This document shows, piece by piece, positions 36,640-45,668 of a stretch of DNA of 64,000 nt. The stretch comes from Spirochaetia bacterium (lineage in GTDB: Bacteria > Spirochaetota > Spirochaetia > UBA9216): positions 2,144,001 to 2,208,000 of the forward strand of contig OY776510.1 of NCBI GenBank assembly GCA_963675665.1, given 5' to 3'. How positions within the stretch are numbered: the stretch's first letter is position 1; each line of letters starts with the position of its first letter. The notes under the pieces were generated by a model. It saw only the letters and a program-made list of their open reading frames with translations, did not search any database and had not been told where the DNA came from. A program made the translations under genes and the position numbers.

Positions 36640-37476
36640 TCAAAAACTGAAGTTTTTAAAAGTTACATTTGATTTTTGCCTTTCTGACTGAAAGGCCCTG
36701 ACTGCTGCGTTAAGAGCTATTTCAATCGATTTGTCGACTCCGCCTGTGACGGCGTCGCTCTGAAAATCCTTTACTGATAAATCAACCTCGTCGCCGGCGG
36801 CCTGCAGGTACCTGTTTGCATAAACGGTCCCGATCATGGCGGTTGAAACACCGCGCAGGCTGCCTATCACCATTAAGGCCGAGGCTTCCATCTCCATCGA
36901 GATGACGCCTTTTCTGTTCCACTGGTGAAAATATTCCTGTGAACGGCTGAAAAAGGCCGAATGGGTCCAGTTGACTCCGGTATGGAAAGAAACGCCTGTT
37001 TTTTTCGCTTCTTCAACCAAAGCCGAGTAAAGAAAGGGATCGGCAACAGCGGGGTAATTATCAGGCACGTAATACCTGGACGCTCCGTCATCCCTGATAC
37101 ATGCGAAAGGAATTGAAAGATCTCCCTTTTTCATGCCGGGCTGCAGCGCGGCAACACTGCCCACGCGCACAAGGATTTTAGCCCCGATATTTATTAATTC
37201 TTCATATACTATTGAAGCTGCGGGTCCCCCCATTCCGGTAGATGTTACTGAAACCGGCGTTCCTTTATATTCTCCGGTATAAGTTATCAACCCCCTGTTT
37301 TCCATTATCTTTTTTGCGGATGTCATTTTGTCTACGATTTTCAGCACTCTGCCCTGATCTCCCGGAACTATAACAATAGGGGCAATGTCTCCTTCAGCAC
37401 ATTGAATATGGTATTGTTTTTGTCCCTCAAGTCCGGTCCCTTCAAGGTAGTTGATATCAGCCATCCAGCTTTGCAT
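36640..37476 (-). CDS. Nucleoside phosphorylase (PNP/UDP family 1, uridine-phosphorylase-like)
   Basis: QYHI, VPGDQGR, STGMGGPAASIVYEEL, RVGS, RDDGAS..Y....YPAVAD, MEMEASAL. Confidence 0.88.
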   Translation of the reverse strand: MQSWMADINYLEGTGLEGQKQYHIQCAEGDIAPIVIVPGDQGRVLKIVDKMTSAKKIMENRGLITYTGEYKGTPVSVTSTGMGGPAASIVYEELINIGAKILVRVGSVAALQPGMKKGDLSIPFACIRDDGASRYYVPDNYPAVADPFLYSALVEEAKKTGVSFHTGVNWTHSAFFSRSQEYFHQWNRKGVISMEMEASALMVIGSLRGVSTAMIGTVYANRYLQAAGDEVDLSVKDFQSDAVTGGVDKSIEIALNAAVRAFQSERQKSNVTFKNFSF

Positions 37477-37491
37477 GTTTACCTCCTTCTG

Positions 37492-38247
37492 TCAGAAATG
37501 TCTTTTCCTCACGACCAATAGTTCAAACCGGTTTGTATCTATATAATCAAGAGAGAACATGATTGCTCTTCCTGATTTATCGTAATATGTTTCTTTCAGC
37601 CGCAGAACGGGCGCGGAGTCCGCGACCCCAAGGGCGTTTGATGTTTCGGGGGTTGCTTCAATTGCTTCTATTTGGGCAACAGCATGTTCAACCCCGGATT
37701 CAGTTTCTTCGTCTATTATTTTAAAGAGGCTGTCGCCCCTGTCGCCGTGTGTTTTTATTTTTGCAATGAAGTCTTCATGCTTGTTTTTATACAGATCGGG
37801 ATTGATGTAGCTTATTCCAAGGACAATCTCTATTTCATCAGCAAGGTAGACCTGTTTGACCTCAATTACACTCGTTTCCTTTTCAAGATTTAAAGCGGTC
37901 AGTATCTTTTTATCGGGCTTGATTAAATTTATTCTCTGTTCCTTGAAGCCGGGTTTTTTGCCCATTGATGTTACAATATTCTGAATACCGTGCAGATTAT
38001 TCAATGCCGTAACGGCGGAAGCCCTCTGCCGGTTAATGAATGTCCCGACTCCCTGTCTCTTAAAAAGGATATCGGATTTCTCCAGATTCTGAATTGCTTC
38101 CCGGACAGTTGAGCGGCTGACGCCCATCTGTTTGGAGAGATCCGTTTCGCTCGGAAGCGGTTTTGTCTGGTCCCATTCCCTTATCAGTTCAAGCAGTTCC
38201 TCCTGAACGAGAGTGTACAGCGGTCTTTTGGTTCCTATCTTGTTCAT
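37492..38247 (-). CDS. GntR-family (HutC/UTRA) transcriptional regulator
   Basis: LPSETDLSKQMGVSRSTVREAIQNL..RQGVGTF wHTH plus UTRA domain. Confidence 0.93.
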   Translation of the reverse strand: MNKIGTKRPLYTLVQEELLELIREWDQTKPLPSETDLSKQMGVSRSTVREAIQNLEKSDILFKRQGVGTFINRQRASAVTALNNLHGIQNIVTSMGKKPGFKEQRINLIKPDKKILTALNLEKETSVIEVKQVYLADEIEIVLGISYINPDLYKNKHEDFIAKIKTHGDRGDSLFKIIDEETESGVEHAVAQIEAIEATPETSNALGVADSAPVLRLKETYYDKSGRAIMFSLDYIDTNRFELLVVRKRHF

Positions 38248-38262
38248 TTTCCCTTCCAGAAT

Positions 38263-38286
38263 ATGTCGTTAGTCGTCTGACGACAT
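38263..38286. promoter_or_regulatory. Putative GntR operator
   Basis: ATGTCGTTAG-tcgt-CTGACGACAT inverted repeat 15 bp upstream of the gntR start. Confidence 0.6.
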
Positions 38287-38472
38287 TGTAGATCCGTTAT
38301 ATTATGCTGTCAAGAAAAAGATCGGAAAAGTTGCTGTTAATTGATTTTGATTTGGATTATTAAAATATAAAAAGTGGTAACATTAATGCGTTCTGAATTT
38401 GTTGGATTTTTATAGAATAAATTTCTTTCACGAATGTAGAATATAATATAGGCTCTCATTCAGGAGATGAAA

Positions 38473-39393
38473 ATGATTGAAATTCTTCATGTTTACAAAA
38501 GCTACGGTAAGGTCCGGGCGGTTAATGACCTTTCATTCACGCTTGAGCAGGGTGAAATCTTCGGTCTGCTTGGTCCGAACGGAGCAGGAAAATCAACAAC
38601 AATCAGAATGATCATGAACATAATCAATCCCGATTCAGGGCAGATTCTTTTTGACGGCAGAAATATTACAGAAGCAGACAAGGATAGTATAGGGTACATG
38701 CCTGAAGAACGGGGACTCTACAAAAAAGTATCAGTCGAGGAGCTGCTGATATTTCTTGCCGCGCTTAAGGGCTGTTCTGCTGCCGCGGCGGTTAAAGAGA
38801 TGGATTTTTACCTCAAACGGTTCGGCCTGTTCGAATGGAAAAAGAACATGACTGATGAGCTGTCGAAAGGAATGAGCCAGAAAATTCAGTTTATTTCAAC
38901 TATTCTGCATGATCCGGACATTATTATTCTTGATGAGCCTTTTTCGGGTCTCGATCCTGTCAGCGCCGATCAGATGAGCCTTATGATTGCAGAACTCAGG
39001 GATAAAGGCAAAACAATAATTTTTTCAACGCATATAATGGCCCACGCGGAACAGATATGCAATAAAATATGTATTCTGAAGGACGGAAGCGTAAAAACCG
39101 CCGGGACATTGTCTGAAGTAAAAAGCAGACACGGCAGGAATACGGTTGTTATCGATTTCGAGGGCCGCGCCGGATTTATTGAAGAATTACCGTTTGTGCA
39201 GGAACTTATCCAGTGGCCGGGCTCGTGTGAGGTCTTGTTGAAAGATGAGGCTGATGCCGAACAGAAATTGCTTAAGGCGGCAGTCGATAAACTTAAGATA
39301 AGCCGTTTTGAGGTTCAGCGTCCCAGTCTGCATAAAATTTTTGTTGATCTGGCCGGAGAAAACGGACAGGTTCCGGAGGACAGAAATGAATAA
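38473..39393 (+). CDS. ABC-2 exporter ATP-binding protein (NatA-like)
   Basis: GPNGAGKST, GYMPEERGLY, LSKGMSQKIQF, LDEPFSGLDP, PSLHKIFV; SD aggag favours ATG 38473. Confidence 0.92.
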   Translation: MIEILHVYKSYGKVRAVNDLSFTLEQGEIFGLLGPNGAGKSTTIRMIMNIINPDSGQILFDGRNITEADKDSIGYMPEERGLYKKVSVEELLIFLAALKGCSAAAAVKEMDFYLKRFGLFEWKKNMTDELSKGMSQKIQFISTILHDPDIIILDEPFSGLDPVSADQMSLMIAELRDKGKTIIFSTHIMAHAEQICNKICILKDGSVKTAGTLSEVKSRHGRNTVVIDFEGRAGFIEELPFVQELIQWPGSCEVLLKDEADAEQKLLKAAVDKLKISRFEVQRPSLHKIFVDLAGENGQVPEDRNE

Positions 39394-40618
39394 ATTATGG
39401 GTAATGGTTAAATATAATTTCAGACGAACAGCAGCCAGAAAGAGTTTTATTGTACTTACAATAATAGGTCCGATCCTGATCATTGCTGTATCCGTCCTGC
39501 CCGGGTTGTTGACTCAACGAAGCATAGGGGCTGTTGCAGAAACAAGGGTAGCTGTTTACGGTGACGGAAACGGTCTGGCTGATATCCTGGTTTCTTCGGG
39601 TCCCGATTATCTGACGGTTTTCAGGACCGATGATTTTAATGCGGCAAGGGAAGAGTGTTTTGACGGAACTCTTGACGGTGTGCTTGTTCTTCCAGACAAC
39701 GCGCTTGAGGCGGATGTTCTGAGCTTTTACACCCGCGAAGGCAGCAATATTATAATGACCGAAACCGTCCGCAATACAATAGGCGGGATACTTACTCACC
39801 TGCGTGCCGCCGAAGCCGGAATTGAACCTTCGCAGGTTGCCAGGCTTACAGCTGTGCCGGAGTTTGATATTGTTCAGCTTAACCGCGACGGCGCGGACAA
39901 AGCCGGACAGGATTTCAATGATTTTATTTACACTGCAATTGCATTTATTATGCTGCTGTATATGACGACTTTGCTTTACAGCCAGATGATCGGCCGTTCA
40001 GTTGTCACCGAGAAAACCAGCAAGACTGTTGAAGTTATGCTGTCTTCGGTAAGACCTTCGACATTGATGATAGGCAAGATCGCCGGAATGGGAATTGCAG
40101 GAATTCTTCAGTACGCTGTCTGGATTGCCGTCTCGCTGCTTCTGATGAAGGTCGTCGGTCCGGCTCTTGATCTTCAGTTGCCGTCGCTGTTGTCGGCCGA
40201 CATGCTGGGTTATCTTATACTGTTTTTTCTTCTTGCGTTCTTTCTGTATTCCGGACTGTATGCAGTATGCGGGGCTCTGGCAGAGGACGAACAGAGCTAC
40301 GGCCAGCTTCAGATGCCTTTTATCATTCCGCTTGTATTTCCGATGGTTATGATTTCCTATCTGGTAATGAATCCCGAAGCTCCCGTTACGGTATTTATGT
40401 CGTTTTTCCCTCTGACTGCACCGATGACGATGTTCGTCCGCGTGATTGTATCGCCGCCGGGAATGCTTCATATTATTATCTGCGTTGCAATTATGCTGCT
40501 TTCCATTATCGCGGTAGCTGTCGGATCCGGGAAAATCTTCCGGACGGCAATACTGCGTACCGGGAAGAGCTTGAAGCTGATCGACGGTATCAGGCTGTTG
40601 TTTGAGAAAGACGATTAA
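39386..40618 (+). CDS. ABC-2 exporter permease (NatB/YhaP-like)
   Basis: SVVTEKTSKTVEVMLSSVRP..LMIGKI, SFFPLTAPMTMFVR; ATG 39386. Confidence 0.9.
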   Translation: MNKLWVMVKYNFRRTAARKSFIVLTIIGPILIIAVSVLPGLLTQRSIGAVAETRVAVYGDGNGLADILVSSGPDYLTVFRTDDFNAAREECFDGTLDGVLVLPDNALEADVLSFYTREGSNIIMTETVRNTIGGILTHLRAAEAGIEPSQVARLTAVPEFDIVQLNRDGADKAGQDFNDFIYTAIAFIMLLYMTTLLYSQMIGRSVVTEKTSKTVEVMLSSVRPSTLMIGKIAGMGIAGILQYAVWIAVSLLLMKVVGPALDLQLPSLLSADMLGYLILFFLLAFFLYSGLYAVCGALAEDEQSYGQLQMPFIIPLVFPMVMISYLVMNPEAPVTVFMSFFPLTAPMTMFVRVIVSPPGMLHIIICVAIMLLSIIAVAVGSGKIFRTAILRTGKSLKLIDGIRLLFEKDD

Positions 40619-40624
40619 GATATC

Positions 40625-41968
40625 CTATCTTCCCAATAATGCAAGGGCGGCTGTTGAGTTTAAGGGTTTGGAAAAGTAGTAGCCCTGAAAGGCTTCGCAG
40701 CCGCATCTTCGAAGAAAAGATAACTGTTCCTGATTTTCAACGCCCTCAATTACCGAGTTAAGACTCATTGTTTCCAGGAATCTCAACAGGGCTTTAAGCA
40801 AATCCGAGCTTTTCTGATCGCCGGGGACGGATGAGAGAAAGCTTTTGTCGATTTTAATTCCATGAATACAGAAATCCTTAATTTCTGATAATGATGAAAT
40901 TCCTTTTCCAAAGTCATCAATTACAACCAGAAAACCGGTTTCGGACAGTTCCGTAATTCGCGTACAAATTATTTCAGAGAAATCAAGCAGCCCGTTTTCC
41001 GTCAATTCAAGAATGAGCTGTTCGGGTTTTATCCTGTTTTTTTGAATCTTCTCCTGCAGATTGTGGATAAAATCACTCTTTATTATCTCAAACGGGGAGA
41101 TGTTGATTGATATATGACAGGTTTTTCCTAAAGAGTATTGGCATCTGTGAATAAATGAACAGCATTCTTCAAGCACAAAATCGGTTATTGTGCTTATCTG
41201 CCCCGTTTTTTCAAGAATCGGAATGAAGTATTCAGGAGATATTATGCCAAGTCTGCTGCTTTCCCAGCGAATCAGTGCTTCAAATCCTATTACCGAATCG
41301 GCAGAGTCTATTTGCGGATGAAATAAAACATGCAGTTCTTTCTTTTTAATTGCATTTTCAATATTGGTTGAAATATAAACTATGTGCTGTTTCAGCAGGC
41401 AGAATTCGGGGATATACTCCATAAAATGGTTTGAGTCGTTGAATGCGGCATAATCAAGGGCTATTGCAGCTTCTCTGTAAGTATCTGTAATGTCGGTATC
41501 GTCCGTATATTTTGCTATACCCATCCTGTAGATTGGAAGAATAGAGACGCCCTCAACAATCCTGACCGATCGGTTCAGAAACTGCGACACACGGTTTTTC
41601 AGGTTTTGCTTTTCATTAAAATCAATGCCGGCAATAACAATCCTTTTATCACCCGTTCTCCGGACTACTGCTGAATTACGGAATGCGTCTGCAAGTTTCC
41701 AAAGCAGTTTATCCTGAAAAATGTTTGAGTAATGGGGGGTATCAGTGCAGTCAAAAAGATCGAAGTTCTCAATTTCAAGGATTCCGATGCAGTAAGCATC
41801 AGCCTGATTGTCCGGTGCGTTCTTCAGAAAAGCAAGTTCATCTTTAATCTGGTTTAACACAAGGTTAAATTCGCTGAGAAATATTTTGCCGTAGTGGTTT
41901 CGTATCAGTTTTCTTTCATTACTGCATAATGAAATATTCCCGTCGCTCAAAATGCTTTTGTTTTTCAT
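40625..41968 (-). CDS. EAL-domain c-di-GMP phosphodiesterase with degenerate GGDEF
   Basis: FHPQI, GFEALIRW, SINISP, LELTE, IDDFGKG, IKIDKSF, IEGVE, QGYYFSKP; GGDEF position reads TGDKR. Confidence 0.9.
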   Translation of the reverse strand: MKNKSILSDGNISLCSNERKLIRNHYGKIFLSEFNLVLNQIKDELAFLKNAPDNQADAYCIGILEIENFDLFDCTDTPHYSNIFQDKLLWKLADAFRNSAVVRRTGDKRIVIAGIDFNEKQNLKNRVSQFLNRSVRIVEGVSILPIYRMGIAKYTDDTDITDTYREAAIALDYAAFNDSNHFMEYIPEFCLLKQHIVYISTNIENAIKKKELHVLFHPQIDSADSVIGFEALIRWESSRLGIISPEYFIPILEKTGQISTITDFVLEECCSFIHRCQYSLGKTCHISINISPFEIIKSDFIHNLQEKIQKNRIKPEQLILELTENGLLDFSEIICTRITELSETGFLVVIDDFGKGISSLSEIKDFCIHGIKIDKSFLSSVPGDQKSSDLLKALLRFLETMSLNSVIEGVENQEQLSFLRRCGCEAFQGYYFSKPLNSTAALALLGR

Positions 41969-42033
41969 ATATTCCGCATCCTTTTTAAAAACCTTGATGA
42001 GGTAAAAGATATTGCAGATTATTTAGAAAATAC

Positions 42034-42049
42034 CCGTCCGTTCAGACGG
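42034..42049 (-). promoter_or_regulatory. Putative activator box upstream of the EAL gene
   Basis: CCGTCCGTTCAGACGG, 22 nt from candidate -10 TATCTT (42011-42006); matches 45551-45566. Confidence 0.5.
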
Positions 42050-42102
42050 AAAAACGGACGGTAACTGTTAAAGTGATGCCGTATTACTTTTTATAAATAG
42101 AG

Positions 42103-44703
42103 CTATTCCAGGAGTCCCAGTTTTCTCGCTTCCATGGCCGCTTCGCCACGGCGGCGAACATCAAGTTTTGCGAATATCTGACGTGCATACCACCGGACAG
42201 TATTAATTGAAATATAAATGATCTCCGAAATTTCATTATTGGATGCGCCCTGAGACATCAGGTGCAATATCTGCAATTCACGCCCGTTGAATTTTTCTTC
42301 ATAACCGTGGATGGAAACTGTTTTTGCGCTATCTATCAGTCCGCGGATTTCATCGTCACTGAGCACTTTAAATGATGCATCCTGTTTCAATGTTGAGAAC
42401 GGATGCTGCTCTCCGGTTTTTCTTTTTCCTGAAGTTCTGATTTGCAGCCATTCGGAAAGGCCCAGGTCCCTGCATTCTGAAACCAGGCTGTTAAGTGATG
42501 ATTCGTCTCCTCTGATCATGGTTTCGAGGCTGCGAAGTTCCAGCGACTGATACGGTGAAAGTTGATATTTTTTTCTGCACTCTTCAATCTTCCGCAGACT
42601 GTTTTCAATATTACCCTGGTGCCAAAATGCCCAGCATTCTGCTATTACAGGTATAACTGCACCGATATCACCATGGTTCTCTACCGACTGCATCTGAAAC
42701 AGCCGGCTTTTCGATTCTTCCGGAGAGTCATACCAGCAGGCTATTTTTACCGCCCCGGCCATTACTATCATGCGGCCCCAGGGTGTGCTGCCGGCAAAGT
42801 GCAGTGCACGATCAATGTGATAGTATGCCTCTTCAGTAGAAAATACAGCAGTTATTTCTGCAGCGTATACATGCGCTAAAAGGATGATTTCATCGATACC
42901 GCAGCTTTCTGTCAGTAGAATTGCTTTATTTGTTTCATGTAATAAAGTGTTCCCGGTTTCTCGCCAGGATTTTAATCGAATTTCATTTATCCAGCAAAGC
43001 CCCCGGAAAGAGAATTCATCGCTTCCGAATTTTGTAATCAGTCTTCTGTGGGCGTCTGAAATCAATCCAAGGGCTTCATCCGTGCGGAGCAGATCACATA
43101 ATATATAGCTTGTGTTTGTATCAAGAAGAATTCCCAAATAGGCTGAAGAATTATAGAAATCATCCCTGTTATACTCCAGAAGTTCCCGGAGCGCTTTTTC
43201 AGGTTCTCCCTGCCATTGTATGGCGCCCAGATGAATAAAGGACAAAATCTGGAGTATGTCCGGGTATTTTCCGTCCAAAAGCGGCACAGCCTTTTCATAG
43301 AAATTAAGGAATTCTTTGAAAGATCCTTTTTTGTAAAAACTCGAATATGCTTTTGCGGCAAGGACTAATGCACGTTCTGCATCATCTGTCTCGTTCTGAT
43401 CGGTATCTTCAGGCAGTACCAAATCCTGATGCACCAATGTTCTGGTCCAGATGAATAATCCGTTTATTACCGGTTTTTTTATTCGTATGGATCCCGGTAT
43501 TGTTTCAATTAATTCCAGGAATTCAATAAATCGACCCGGACTGAACCAGTTATCGGTATCAGAAATGATAATTTCAGCAAGCTGATCGTAAAGGCCGTGT
43601 TCCGAGCTTAAAAGCGCCGCTTCTTCTGTTCTGCTTTCCCTGAGTAATGCTGAAATACTGTTTTTTATGATCTCCATGTGCTCCGGATCATTGTTAAGCA
43701 CGTAATTCTGAACGAGTTCTCTGAAAAATGCATCGAACTGAAAACAGTCTTCCCCGTTGCCGGTCCTGTTAACAAAGAAGCCCTGCTTTTCCAGATTGCA
43801 GAGCACAAGTCTGCATGTTGCTTTATCAATCTCGGGAGTTATTGAGGCAACCGATGCAACTGTTGCCGGATTCATGAAAACGGAGTTTGTGATAACTTTT
43901 CTTGCCGAAGAATCAAGAGATGATAGCAGTTCCGCCGCAAGATATTCCGTAAGCTTTGTCCCCTTAAGCAGGATATTCTTTAAAAAAAGTACAGGATCTT
44001 CCGTATCGGAAATTAACAGCCCTATGGTCTTAACGCCGGCAGGCCATCCTTTTACCCTGTTGTTGATGTTTTCACAGTCGTTTACAGTAATATTGGCATT
44101 GAAGGTCCTTAAAACCTCGGTGCTTTCACTAACACCAAGGCGGAGATCCTTTGGCCGAAATTCAAAAAGCCGGCCGTTGAGGGCGTATCTTGCCATTGCA
44201 AGCGAGGGGTTATGCCTTGTTAATATCCAGACGCGGAAATTGTGTGGGATGCTGTCCAGAAATATTTCAAATTCCTCAAGTGTCGGGCCGGAAAGCTTAT
44301 GAAAGTCGTCTATGACAAGGTTGCATTCTTCCTGTATTAAACAGAGGCAATTACATAAAGATATCACCGCCGAATCATGGTTGGTTTCTGATGATTCGAA
44401 CTGGAGCTTGAGTGTATCTGCCTGTTTCGGAATATCGTTTTTGAAAAGATCAATAATGGCCAGCCAGAAAACATTTTTTGCGGAGATGGCTCTTGAAACC
44501 GAAAGCCAGCGTACTGTATCTTTCCGGTTTTCAAGAAGCTGAAGGACAGTAATTGTTTTTCCATATCCTGCCGGGGCCTGAACATGAATGATTGAAGATT
44601 TGTCGGTTTTACTGCGCCATATTTCAAGCCCGGAACGCAAAACGGTTCCGGCAAGGTTCCCAAAAGGAGGAATTAATTTTATCACCGGATAAGGCTTATC
44701 CAA
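42103..44703 (-). CDS. MalT-like (LAL) STAND ATPase / LuxR-HTH transcriptional regulator
   Basis: QAPAGYGKT Walker A, LVIDDFH Walker B, GWPAG, C-terminal RELQILHLMSQGASNNEISEIIYISINTVRWY LuxR HTH. Confidence 0.9.
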   Translation of the reverse strand: MDKPYPVIKLIPPFGNLAGTVLRSGLEIWRSKTDKSSIIHVQAPAGYGKTITVLQLLENRKDTVRWLSVSRAISAKNVFWLAIIDLFKNDIPKQADTLKLQFESSETNHDSAVISLCNCLCLIQEECNLVIDDFHKLSGPTLEEFEIFLDSIPHNFRVWILTRHNPSLAMARYALNGRLFEFRPKDLRLGVSESTEVLRTFNANITVNDCENINNRVKGWPAGVKTIGLLISDTEDPVLFLKNILLKGTKLTEYLAAELLSSLDSSARKVITNSVFMNPATVASVASITPEIDKATCRLVLCNLEKQGFFVNRTGNGEDCFQFDAFFRELVQNYVLNNDPEHMEIIKNSISALLRESRTEEAALLSSEHGLYDQLAEIIISDTDNWFSPGRFIEFLELIETIPGSIRIKKPVINGLFIWTRTLVHQDLVLPEDTDQNETDDAERALVLAAKAYSSFYKKGSFKEFLNFYEKAVPLLDGKYPDILQILSFIHLGAIQWQGEPEKALRELLEYNRDDFYNSSAYLGILLDTNTSYILCDLLRTDEALGLISDAHRRLITKFGSDEFSFRGLCWINEIRLKSWRETGNTLLHETNKAILLTESCGIDEIILLAHVYAAEITAVFSTEEAYYHIDRALHFAGSTPWGRMIVMAGAVKIACWYDSPEESKSRLFQMQSVENHGDIGAVIPVIAECWAFWHQGNIENSLRKIEECRKKYQLSPYQSLELRSLETMIRGDESSLNSLVSECRDLGLSEWLQIRTSGKRKTGEQHPFSTLKQDASFKVLSDDEIRGLIDSAKTVSIHGYEEKFNGRELQILHLMSQGASNNEISEIIYISINTVRWYARQIFAKLDVRRRGEAAMEARKLGLLE

Positions 44704-44765
44704 ATAGAATCCTGCTTTACTGTAATATGTGTCTCAGGTATCATAACACAGCATTGTAACAGTAT

Positions 44766-45488
44766 CTACATTTCTGTGCTGATTATGCGTTTTACATTTC
44801 TGGGGTATCTTGTATCCGCCGGGTTTTTTGAATAATGATATAAACAGACGGAATCTCCCCAGCCGATGCATTTCGGCTGAACCAATCCCAGGTTCAGCGC
44901 ATCAGCCTGGGCAAAATCGAAAATATTGCAATATGAGTACATCTCGGGAAGGTTGTTGTTTTTCATAAAAGTAATCATTGCGCATTGGGTACACTTAACC
45001 TCCAGTAATGGCGCGGGGTCATGTGAATATTTGAAAGCAAGATGAAAGGTGTCGTGGTTTTTCGATTCATTCATTTGCCTGCATGCCGGCTTCATAATTT
45101 TGCCGAAGAGCCCTGAAACAATAACTTTTCGCTGTATCCGTCTGAACAACTTTGGAGTCTTCAGAAAATTCATCAGGCAGATTTCATAAGTCAGACGGCC
45201 TATCTGGTCAACTGTCCAGCCTGCATCTCTCAATTCGGTGTGAGCTGCGGCCAACAGGCCCAGAACCGGCATCAAACCGTTAAAGCTGTTTCGATCTCCG
45301 CCCGGATGATAAGGCAATGTACCCGCAAGAATGTTGATACGAAGGCTGGTCCTGTACTGAAAATCTTCGGGAAGACTGAGCGTCGGATATTTCCTGCAGA
45401 TTTCGAGGTAGAGCGGCATATACTTTGACACAGTTCTATTCAGGCGGTTAGTTTTCTTTAGCCAGTAATCTGAAGTTATTGTTTTCAT
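44766..45488 (-). CDS. L-2-amino-thiazoline-4-carboxylate hydrolase-like (ATC_hydrolase family) protein
   Basis: C-terminal TQCAM...YCNIFD...LGLVQPKCIGWGDSVC Cys pattern; SD ggagg supports ATG 45488. Confidence 0.6.
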   Translation of the reverse strand: MKTITSDYWLKKTNRLNRTVSKYMPLYLEICRKYPTLSLPEDFQYRTSLRINILAGTLPYHPGGDRNSFNGLMPVLGLLAAAHTELRDAGWTVDQIGRLTYEICLMNFLKTPKLFRRIQRKVIVSGLFGKIMKPACRQMNESKNHDTFHLAFKYSHDPAPLLEVKCTQCAMITFMKNNNLPEMYSYCNIFDFAQADALNLGLVQPKCIGWGDSVCLYHYSKNPADTRYPRNVKRIISTEM

Positions 45489-45550
45489 TAAAATGCCTCC
45501 GTCTATTGGATAGATGGAGTTAAATATAAGGCAGGCAGCGCCTTTGCGCA

Positions 45551-45566
45551 CCACCCGATAGGACGG
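45551..45566 (-). promoter_or_regulatory. Putative activator box upstream of the ATC-hydrolase-like gene
   Basis: CCACCCGATAGGACGG, 22 nt from candidate -10 TATATT (45528-45523). Confidence 0.5.
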
Positions 45567-45668
45567 TTTTAAGTAACTGGCGATTACCGTCTTTTTGAAA
45601 GTATGATTCGGATGTAATCGGTATTAAAAATAAGGCTGCTTCCAATTCTGAATAATACGGAGATAAAT

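Noticed and set aside
42103-44703. Anti-phage STAND/Avs protein or true maltose regulator MalT
   Set aside because: It has a C-terminal LuxR HTH and no nuclease, TIR or protease effector, so it reads as a transcription factor; no mal genes are adjacent.
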